NCBI GenBank assembly: GCA_050287785.1
Contig: JBNKCO010000018.1
Location: 9,149-73,148, forward strand
Source of the DNA: Bacteroidales bacterium
GTDB lineage: Bacteria > Bacteroidota > Bacteroidia > Bacteroidales > UBA10428
DNA: 64,000 nt
Direction of reading: 5' to 3'
Translations under genes and position numbers: made by a program
Shown here: piece after piece, positions 36,051 to 43,877 of the stretch
How positions within the stretch are numbered: position 1 is the first letter of the stretch
How the letters are laid out: each line of letters starts with the position of its first letter
Notes under the pieces: model-generated
The model's input: the letters and a program-made list of their open reading frames with translations, nothing else
Databases searched by the model: none
What the model was told of the DNA's origin: nothing

Positions 36051-37493
36051 TTAACTGCTTTTATTCAACCCAATAATTTCAAACGCTTTCTCAAGTTCTA
36101 AATCAGCATCCTTTATTTTATCCTCAATTGTATATTTCACCAGATAATCAGGTTGAATAAAAGTCGTTTCATAGAATGAACTATCTATTGCATTATGAAA
36201 ACTCCTAATCGGGATAGCAGCATATATTTTTGTATTCGGTAATGTTAATCCAATCCAATTTCCTCCATTGTAACCAAAATATGAGCCTGAGGGTGACTCT
36301 CCTATAAGTTTACCTATTTTTAAATATTGCGCCAAAGCAGAAACACTAGATGCAGTTGAGTGTGAACTCCCATTTACCAAAAAATAGACTTTCCCTTTGA
36401 ATACTTCTGGTTGTGGTTTAAAAACATTGTCCATGCCGATGGCAACATATTCTCCTTTTTCATTCTCTTCATGGTCATGCCTGATATCGAAGTTCCATTT
36501 CCAATCTTTATCAGTGTACTTAAGATTTTTATAATGATTTGAAGCAGCTGTTACTTTGTAATATAATTGAAATGGATTGTCATAAAGAAAAGATAATAAG
36601 TATGCTCCTTTATCTGTGTCTCCTCCCATGTTCCATCTTAAATCTATAATGAGGTTTTCTATGCCAAGTTTTTGTATGCTGTCAAAAGCCTGTGAAATGT
36701 ACGTATTAAAATCAAAGCCTTGTTGCTCAAGTCTCCAACCTTCAAATGAACCTATTTTAAGAAAAGCTATATTTAATCTGTCAATAATTTTAAAATCTAA
36801 TTTATTATCTCTCTTTACTTTATAATTTGACCTTGCTTTATTCAGTTCGTCCCAATTAAATGCATTGACAATAAATGTGGTATCTTTTGCAGGATTCATT
36901 TCAGTTACCTGTATTTTGTAGGTATCAGCTTCTGCTACAAGTTGTGTAAAATACATAGGGAAGTCGACTTCCATAATCCTGTCTTTGAAATTGCTATTAT
37001 TCCCATCAGCAGGGATGCCTTTTCTTAATGTTTTAAAAATGGATTTTGCATCAATCCCGTTTATCGATTTTAATTTAAATATTTCATTAGAATATATTGT
37101 TGAACCATAAATACGGTTAAAATAAATTTCATTCTCAACAATATAAACCTCCATCGGGATAAGTTTTGTTAATTTGCCATTAGGAGGAGCAATACCAGTA
37201 TGTCCACATTGGATTTTATCAGTTAAAGTCAATGTAATCAGACGATAAAAATCTATATCAGACATTGAATCGGTTAAAACGTTTTGTAACGAATCGAAAA
37301 CTGAATCAAACCTGTCTTTTGAGGTATACATATATAATCCATGATGGCTTTCCTCCAGTACATCCCTTAATACTCTTAAATCTTTCTTTAATTCTTTTGC
37401 ATTATATGTGGTTCTGTTGACCTCTATGTTGTGCGAACATCCACAAAAAAAAGAAAAGATTGAAAGGATTGACAATACTATTTTGATATTCAT
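36051..37493 (-). CDS. S41-family (tail-specific/tricorn-core-like) peptidase lipoprotein
   Basis: Lipobox (LSIFSFFCGC). S41-type core (ENLIIDLRWNMGGDT...VYFLVNGSSHSTASSVSALAQ). Confidence 0.6.
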   Translation of the reverse strand: MNIKIVLSILSIFSFFCGCSHNIEVNRTTYNAKELKKDLRVLRDVLEESHHGLYMYTSKDRFDSVFDSLQNVLTDSMSDIDFYRLITLTLTDKIQCGHTGIAPPNGKLTKLIPMEVYIVENEIYFNRIYGSTIYSNEIFKLKSINGIDAKSIFKTLRKGIPADGNNSNFKDRIMEVDFPMYFTQLVAEADTYKIQVTEMNPAKDTTFIVNAFNWDELNKARSNYKVKRDNKLDFKIIDRLNIAFLKIGSFEGWRLEQQGFDFNTYISQAFDSIQKLGIENLIIDLRWNMGGDTDKGAYLLSFLYDNPFQLYYKVTAASNHYKNLKYTDKDWKWNFDIRHDHEENEKGEYVAIGMDNVFKPQPEVFKGKVYFLVNGSSHSTASSVSALAQYLKIGKLIGESPSGSYFGYNGGNWIGLTLPNTKIYAAIPIRSFHNAIDSSFYETTFIQPDYLVKYTIEDKIKDADLELEKAFEIIGLNKSS

Positions 37494-37503
37494 GTTGGGT
37501 AGT

Positions 37504-38268
37504 TTAGTTTATTGTGTTAGAGATTTTTCGGTATTCAGAAAAAACAATACCCAAAAGAAAAAAAAGAAACGGTAGAGAAAGCCAAATGCCAATAAAATTC
37601 AATATTGGGACTGGCAGTATAAAGAAAGGGCTTGCAATTATTTGTAATATTCCAGCTAAACGATATAAAAGGGTGTTTTGACTTTTACTTTTTAATAATC
37701 CAATACCAAAAACAATACAATTTAATCCTAGAACAATAGTAAATAATAGCCTTAAATTATTTATAAAGGAAAGGTTTCTGACATTTAAAAACCCAAGTAT
37801 TCCAAATACTATCATTAGCGATATAGATATAAATACTGCGACCTGTAAAGTCTTGTTTTTGTAACTTTTTGCACTTGAATAAATTCCATAATAGAAAATG
37901 CTGCCAGATAATAAGTATATAATTGAAATACCAAACAAAAAGCTTTCATTTGATTTGCTTAATAATTGAGGAAAAAGAGTGTTGTTTACTAAAAATGCTA
38001 ATAGATGAATTACCCCAGATATAAATGCTATTATTAATAAACTTGAAAGTTTACTAACAGCATCTTTCGGTTCCATTTTAGATATAAAATCATGCTCTAA
38101 AAATTCCGACATTAATTTAAGTGTTGAAATTCTAGGGTTCACTTCACCTGAGATAATTCGTTGTACCGTGCGAATATCAATATTGCATTCATCAGCCAGT
38201 TCTTTTTGAGTTATTCCTTTCTCATTTCTGACTTCATTTACTATTATTCCAAGTTCTGGTTGTTTCAT
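37504..38268 (-). CDS. Membrane-embedded XRE-family HTH protein
   Basis: N-terminal HTH_3 (VRNEKGITQKELADECNIDIRTVQRIISGEVNP) followed by ~6 hydrophobic helices. Confidence 0.7.
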   Translation of the reverse strand: MKQPELGIIVNEVRNEKGITQKELADECNIDIRTVQRIISGEVNPRISTLKLMSEFLEHDFISKMEPKDAVSKLSSLLIIAFISGVIHLLAFLVNNTLFPQLLSKSNESFLFGISIIYLLSGSIFYYGIYSSAKSYKNKTLQVAVFISISLMIVFGILGFLNVRNLSFINNLRLLFTIVLGLNCIVFGIGLLKSKSQNTLLYRLAGILQIIASPFFILPVPILNFIGIWLSLPFLFFLLGIVFSEYRKISNTIN

Positions 38269-38278
38269 TTTTTTCTTT

Positions 38279-38346
38279 CAAAAATATAATTTAACATGTG
38301 CATACGGTGACTATTACTAATCAATTTATACGGCATTTATACGGCA
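38279..38346 (-). promoter_or_regulatory. Candidate -7 box and ATACGG repeats upstream of the XRE-membrane gene
   Basis: Minus-strand TATTTTTG (38286-38279) fits TAnnTTTG. The tandem 11-mer tttatacggca occurs twice (38325-38346), with a third catacggtga at 38301-38310. Confidence 0.35.
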
Positions 38347-38628
38347 TATCATGTAACAATCAGAACTTCAGCGTTTTTCCTTTTGTCTTTGCGGGGGAGG
38401 TAACAAAATAAATTAACTTCTTCCAACTTGCTTATAGCATCTATAACTACAAACAATAATTATAAATATGTAATATATTGGTCTATAAATATTTCAAATA
38501 TCAATATCCTCTATTGGATTCTTCATAACACAGCACTATTACCCTAATATATCTTATTAAAAGTTATCACTTTTCAAATCTGGAAATTTGCGCACGTTGA
38601 ATTATCCTAACTTGTTTTAGCCAGTTTA

Positions 38629-38892
38629 TTATTTTTTGAATTTTATTCGATTCAAATATAGCCGTTCCACTTTATCTCTTGCCCAAGGTGTCTTTCTTAA
38701 AAACTTAAGACTTGATTTAATAGAAGGGTCGTTTTTAAAACAATTAACATTGATCTTTATTGCTAGTTTTTCCCAACCATAATCTGCAACCAGTTTCTCT
38801 AGCATATCTACCAACTTCACACCATGCAATGGGTTATTTGCTTGTTGGTGGCCGGAATTATCTGTATCCATTATTGTTAATTTACTTTTCAA
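38629..38892 (-). CDS. DUF2132 (VF530-like) small protein
   Basis: [60 protein letters not shown] matches the DUF2132 pattern as I recall it. Confidence 0.7.
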   Translation of the reverse strand: MKSKLTIMDTDNSGHQQANNPLHGVKLVDMLEKLVADYGWEKLAIKINVNCFKNDPSIKSSLKFLRKTPWARDKVERLYLNRIKFKK

Positions 38893-39044
38893 AGAATTAT
38901 ATATAGCAGCTGTTCCACTTAATTGACCAGATTAAGAATGGGGCGTTGAGCACTTCAAACTCTAAATTATCCAGCCATTAAATGTACCAAAGTTTTAAAT
39001 TAGTAATTAGCGGCCCCTTACCTATATTTATTGCATACTATGTT

Positions 39045-39212
39045 TTATGTTTTATCATTCTTCTTTTTTAGTCTGCCCGAATCTTTTAGGCTTTTATTAA
39101 GCATCCATTCTATCTGTCCATTTACGCTTCTGAATTCGTCAGCCGCCCATTTTTCAATTGCTTTCATGGTTTCAGAATCAATCCTTAACGCAAAAGATTT
39201 CTTCACTGCCAT
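39045..39212 (-). CDS. 55-aa Arc/ribbon-helix-helix-like DNA-binding protein (below the ORF-track size cutoff)
   Basis: My own translation is MAVKKSFALRIDSETMKAIEKWAADEFRSVNGQIEWMLNKSLKDSGRLKKKNDKT. This has the beta-strand/helix/helix layout of RHH proteins. It starts 3 nt after the SPFH stop. Confidence 0.55.
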   Translation of the reverse strand: MAVKKSFALRIDSETMKAIEKWAADEFRSVNGQIEWMLNKSLKDSGRLKKKNDKT

Positions 39213-39215
39213 TAT

Positions 39216-40070
39216 TTAATGATTTAATGTACCTGCATTTATTATTGGTCCAGCATCTTTATCACCACACAAAACAACCATTAGATTACTTACCATAGCA
39301 GCCTTTTTCTCTTCGTCCAATTCAATGATTTTCTTTATTGACAATAGATTTAATGCACTTTCAACCATACCAACTGCACCTTCAACAATTTTATGTCTTG
39401 CTGCAACAACAGCTGAAGCTTGTTGCCTTCTTAACATAGAGTGAGCAATTTCAGGAGCATACGCCAAATATCCAATTCTAGATTCTATTACTTCTATTCC
39501 CGCAAGTTGCAATCTTTCCCTAATCTCATGCTCAAGGGTTTTATTTACATCTTCAAAATTTGTACTTAGGGTAACTGTTGCTTTTTCATCCTCGAAATGG
39601 TCGTATGGAAAAGAACCTGCTAATTTCCTCACTGCAGAATCAGTTTGAATTTTTATAAAATCCTCATAATTATCTACTTCAAATGACGCCTTAAAAGTAT
39701 CACTTACCCGCCATACAAGAATTACACTAATCATAACAGGATTACCTAATTTGTCGTTAACCTTAATTTTATCGCTCTCAAAATTCCTTGCTTTCAAAGA
39801 CAATGTAGCCCTTTTATAGAAAGGAATTATCCAATACAACCCATTTTTCTTTATACTTCCTTTATATGCCCCAAACAACAATAACACTATGGCGTTATTT
39901 GGACTAATTGCAATTAATCCTCTTGACAAAAACAACCAAATTGGAATTAATAATCCTGGTAATAAAATATAGCCTTCAGTAAAAAGCACAACAATTATAA
40001 TTGCAATAAATAACAAAATAGTCAATGCAATATAACCATTCCAAGGGTTAAGACATTTTTCTGTTTTCAT
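39216..40070 (-). CDS. SPFH/Band-7 domain membrane protein
   Basis: N-terminal TM helices followed by an SPFH core (IAISPNNAIVLLLFGAYKGSIKKNGLYWIIPFYK...ESDKIKVNDKLGNPVMISVILVWRV...RERLQLAGIEVIESRIGYLAYAPEIA). Confidence 0.85.
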   Translation of the reverse strand: MKTEKCLNPWNGYIALTILLFIAIIIVVLFTEGYILLPGLLIPIWLFLSRGLIAISPNNAIVLLLFGAYKGSIKKNGLYWIIPFYKRATLSLKARNFESDKIKVNDKLGNPVMISVILVWRVSDTFKASFEVDNYEDFIKIQTDSAVRKLAGSFPYDHFEDEKATVTLSTNFEDVNKTLEHEIRERLQLAGIEVIESRIGYLAYAPEIAHSMLRRQQASAVVAARHKIVEGAVGMVESALNLLSIKKIIELDEEKKAAMVSNLMVVLCGDKDAGPIINAGTLNH

Positions 40071-40076
40071 ATTGTT

Positions 40077-40114
40077 GATATTTAAATGATATTATTTTGA
40101 TATCATAAAGATAT
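40077..40114 (-). promoter_or_regulatory. Four ATATC (plus-strand GATAT) boxes at exact 11-bp spacing abutting the SPFH start
   Basis: GATAT occurs at 40077, 40088, 40099 and 40110. The minus strand reads ATATCTTTATG ATATCAAAATA ATATCATTTAA ATATCAACAAT ATG. Confidence 0.5.
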
Positions 40115-40552
40115 AAAATATTTTTAATCAAACGATAAATCAATAAGATATTTTTATCCATTCAAAATTTTCAGAATAAAATTAACCGTCATGTTTAATA
40201 CTTTTAATTATCGAATACCTGTAAAGCTGTCTGTATTGTCAATGGAACATCTCATCATATTCCCGTCAATATCCAATTATAATATCACCAATCTCTTTAA
40301 ACTATTATAATTACTGATTATTAAATGTCTTTGGGGGGGGATTCTAGTATACTGGAAAGATAGCACTTAGTAATTATGTCCTTTCTTTACTATGTTTATC
40401 ACTTAAGTTATCAATAGCCACATATGGTATAAAAATACTATCAAGACAAAATTGTCTGTCCTCTGAATTATTTTCATTGTTTCAACACGATTATATTCCA
40501 GAGAAAAGCTTATTCAAAGAGAAATGGATAACACCTCAATTTTACAAAACAC

Positions 40553-40590
40553 AAAAAAAACCGCCCTGCTTAAGCAAGACGGTTTTTTTT
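40553..40590. terminator. Bidirectional intrinsic terminator after pntB
   Basis: A8 - ccgccctgcttaagcaagacgg - T8. The GC-rich hairpin is flanked by A and T runs, 21 nt past the pntB stop. Confidence 0.75.
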
Positions 40591-40610
40591 GTGTTAAAGT
40601 TTATTTCATT

Positions 40611-42017
40611 TTACAGATTTTTAATCTCTGATACTAGTTTCGAAAGTGAATCTTTAGCATTTCCGAACAGCATGCGTGTTTTATCATCGTAGAACAAGTA
40701 ATTCTCGATTGCAGCATATCCTTTACCCATACCACGTTTCATGACGATAATATTTTTCGCTTCATGAACGTTAATAATAGGCATTCCATAAATCGGACTT
40801 GAAGGATCGTCAAGTGCAGCTGGATTTACAACATCATTTGCTCCAATAACAATAACCACATCGGTATTTGCCATTTCCGGATTAATATCGTCCATTTCCA
40901 CTAATTTCTCATAAGGCACATCAGCCTCAGCTAATAGTACGTTCATATGCCCTGGCATACGTCCTGCAACCGGGTGTATTGCATATTTCAACTCTACACC
41001 ACTATCAGTTAAAAGTTTATCTAGTTCACTACAAATATGCTGTGCCTGTGCCGCTGCCAGACCATAACCAGGCACAATCACCACCTTTTGAGAATACTTT
41101 AATAATACAGAAGCATCGGATAAAGATATTTCTTTTATTGTACCTATTTCTTTGTCACCTTTTGCAACTCCTCCGCCACCAAATGCTCCAATAATTACAT
41201 TAATTAGTGAGCGATTCATGGCCTTACACATTAGAACAGTAAGAATTGTTCCTGCCGCACCAACAAGAATACCGCCCAAGATCATGGCCTTATTACCATA
41301 AATAAATCCGGCCATTGCAGCTGCAATACCAGTAAGTGAGTTCAGTAATGATATTACTACTGGCATATCGGCACCTCCAATTGGCATTACGAAGAATACT
41401 CCATATAGCAATGCCACAGCAAACAGAATATAAAACAGAACACTTACATTTATAAATGGATTCACAGCAACCGTGATATATGCAGTACAAGCAATAATTA
41501 CTATGAGAATAAACAGATTGATGTATGTCATTGCTGAGTTAAACCAATCGCCAATTTTACCATCAAGTTTTCCGTAGGCAATCATACTACCACTAAATGC
41601 TATACTACCAATTACCAACCCTAATACTGTAACCAGAGTTGATGAATTATTTGGATTTGAGAACTCCATAAATGCAACTAAAGCAGATGCCAAACCACCA
41701 GTAGCATTATAAAATGACACAAGTTGAGGCATGGCGGTCATTTTTATTCTTCGTGCAATAACAGCACCAACAACAGTACCAACAGATATAACAGCAATAA
41801 CAATAATTGCATTGACTAAAGGTATATTTTGTCCTTGCTCGTCTTTATGCAGAAGTAATGTTGTTATCATTGCTAACACCATTGCCGAGCCTGCCCAGAA
41901 ATTACCTCTTTTTGAAGATTCCGGATGACTCATAAGCTTAAGTCCGATAACAAACATAATTGCTGCTACCAGGTAACTGTATTCTAATACAAGTTGTAAT
42001 ATTTCGATTTTATTCAT
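40611..42017 (-). CDS. pntB: NAD(P) transhydrogenase subunit beta
   Basis: 468 aa with a polytopic N-half and a C-terminal NADP(H) domain (VVIVPGYGLAAAQAQH...HPVAGRMPGHMNVLLAEA...VIGANDVVNPAA). Confidence 0.9.
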   Translation of the reverse strand: MNKIEILQLVLEYSYLVAAIMFVIGLKLMSHPESSKRGNFWAGSAMVLAMITTLLLHKDEQGQNIPLVNAIIVIAVISVGTVVGAVIARRIKMTAMPQLVSFYNATGGLASALVAFMEFSNPNNSSTLVTVLGLVIGSIAFSGSMIAYGKLDGKIGDWFNSAMTYINLFILIVIIACTAYITVAVNPFINVSVLFYILFAVALLYGVFFVMPIGGADMPVVISLLNSLTGIAAAMAGFIYGNKAMILGGILVGAAGTILTVLMCKAMNRSLINVIIGAFGGGGVAKGDKEIGTIKEISLSDASVLLKYSQKVVIVPGYGLAAAQAQHICSELDKLLTDSGVELKYAIHPVAGRMPGHMNVLLAEADVPYEKLVEMDDINPEMANTDVVIVIGANDVVNPAALDDPSSPIYGMPIINVHEAKNIIVMKRGMGKGYAAIENYLFYDDKTRMLFGNAKDSLSKLVSEIKNL

Positions 42018-42043
42018 TTCGATACAAATTAGGCTGATTTAAC

Positions 42044-42364
42044 TTATTTTTTTGGTTTCTTCTTTTTAAACATATCGAGCATTCGGTCGGTTACAACAAA
42101 CCCACCGGCCACATTAAGAGTAGCAAAGAACACCGCAAAAATGCCCAAAACCATCTTCGAATTAAATGTTGACAAATCGGCATGTCCTAAAAGAATTATA
42201 CCTCCAATAATAATTACACCACTAATTGCATTTGCTCCTGACATAAGGGGAGTATGTAGTACGGATGGTACGTTCGAAATAACTTCAATACCAAGGAAAA
42301 CCGATAATACTATAACAAATATTTCCTGTTGATTGTCTCTTAAAAATTCAAGTGTTTGCACCAT
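42044..42364 (-). CDS. pntAB: NAD(P) transhydrogenase subunit alpha part 2 (membrane)
   Basis: 106 aa with 3-4 TM helices (PLMSGANAISGVIIIGG). Lies between pntAA and pntB. Confidence 0.85.
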   Translation of the reverse strand: MVQTLEFLRDNQQEIFVIVLSVFLGIEVISNVPSVLHTPLMSGANAISGVIIIGGIILLGHADLSTFNSKMVLGIFAVFFATLNVAGGFVVTDRMLDMFKKKKPKK

Positions 42365-42463
42365 AGCAATATATTTATTTCATCAGTTTATAATATATTT
42401 TTTAATTGTCAGATGTTCCTTATCATGTATCAATTATTTATAATAAAATGTATAAATAATTGA

Positions 42464-43591
42464 TCATGAACGGTTCATTGATTTTACACGTTCATTTATT
42501 ATTTCACCATCTTTTGTAAGACAGGATCCCTGAATAATTTCATCTTCGAAGTTAAGATTAAGCCCCCCTTCTTCGCTAATAAATAATTTCAGCAGATTAG
42601 TTACATTGCGGCCAAACATTGAGCTTGCGTCTATCTGCATGCCATTCTGATAATTGGAGTTCCCGATTATAGTAACACCATTTTCAACAATGGTTTTATC
42701 GTTTTTTGTTAATTCACAATTGCCACCAGTTGAAGCTGCTAGGTCAATTATAATTGATCCATCCTGCATTTTCTCAACAGATTCTTTTTCAATCAAAACA
42801 GGTGCTTTTCTTCCAGGTATTTGAGCTGTGCAAATTACAACATCAGACTTTATAACATGCTGCTGTATTAATTCCCCCTGACGCTTTTTAAATTCTTCGG
42901 TTTGCTCAACAGCATAACCTCCGGCAGCTGCATCTTCAGTTGCACCTTCTACTTCGACAAATTTACCACCAAGGCTCATTACTTCTTCTTTAACTGCCGA
43001 ACGCACATCGAATACTTCAACAACAGCTCCTAATTTTCTGGCAATAGCTATTGCTTGCAAACCAGCTACTCCGGCTCCCAGAATAAGCATCTTCGCAGGT
43101 TTAATAGTTCCTGCAGCCGACATAAACATTGGAAAAAAGCGTGGTAAATGCAGCGCAGCATCGAGTACCGCCCTGTAACCTGCAATGGTAGCCATCGAAG
43201 AAAGAATATCCATGGCCTGAGCTCTGGAAATTCTTGGCACAAGTTCTAAGCTAAAAGATGTTACTTTCTGAGCAACTAAGGCATCAACAACCTCTTTGTT
43301 TCCAAATGGGTTCATTGCTGCAATAAGTACTTTTGATGAATCTAATGAACTTATCTCCTTTACAGAAAGTGCGTTTACACTTAAGATAAGATCACTATCT
43401 GCAAGAATTGTCTTGCGATCAACGATCGTTGCTCCAACTTCTTTATATTCATCATTTGTAACAAATACTTTTTCGCCAGCATCTTTTTCGACCAGCAGTT
43501 CAGCTTTTAAATTAATTAATGCCTTTACTGAGTCAGGCATTAGCACAACCCTGTTTTCGGGTTCATTTTCTTTTAGGATTCCTAATTTCAT
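42464..43591 (-). CDS. pntAA: NAD(P) transhydrogenase subunit alpha part 1 (dI, alanine-dehydrogenase-like)
   Basis: 375 aa. Rossmann motif MLILGAGVAGLQAIAIARKLGAVVEVFDVR. N-terminus MKLGILKENEPENRV. Confidence 0.9.
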   Translation of the reverse strand: MKLGILKENEPENRVVLMPDSVKALINLKAELLVEKDAGEKVFVTNDEYKEVGATIVDRKTILADSDLILSVNALSVKEISSLDSSKVLIAAMNPFGNKEVVDALVAQKVTSFSLELVPRISRAQAMDILSSMATIAGYRAVLDAALHLPRFFPMFMSAAGTIKPAKMLILGAGVAGLQAIAIARKLGAVVEVFDVRSAVKEEVMSLGGKFVEVEGATEDAAAGGYAVEQTEEFKKRQGELIQQHVIKSDVVICTAQIPGRKAPVLIEKESVEKMQDGSIIIDLAASTGGNCELTKNDKTIVENGVTIIGNSNYQNGMQIDASSMFGRNVTNLLKLFISEEGGLNLNFEDEIIQGSCLTKDGEIINERVKSMNRS

Positions 43592-43877
43592 TGGTAATTT
43601 ATTTAATCGAATAAGGAATAAAGTTTAGGGATAAATATTATCATATGTGATACTGATTTCAGAAGCTTGAAATACAAATATAGCATTTCAAATTAGAATG
43701 AATATGATATTGAACATATTCATTGCGACTGTATTTTTACAACAAAACTTTCTATATGGACAATAAACATTAAGCAAAAATAATTGTTAAGCAAAATAAG
43801 AAATACTAAAAAGTGATTGTTCTTGCATTTATTTTAAACTAATTTCATAACATTATCTGAAGTAACGTTAATCTTCT

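Noticed and set aside
39031-39219. 62-aa + strand ORF from the track
   Set aside because: It is exactly antisense to the 55-codon minus-strand RHH-like ORF. That ORF has a coherent fold pattern and tight coupling to the SPFH gene, so the minus-strand reading is preferred.
40477-40692. 71-aa + strand ORF
   Set aside because: It runs across the A8-hairpin-T8 terminator and into the antisense strand of pntB. It is low-complexity and not credible as a gene.
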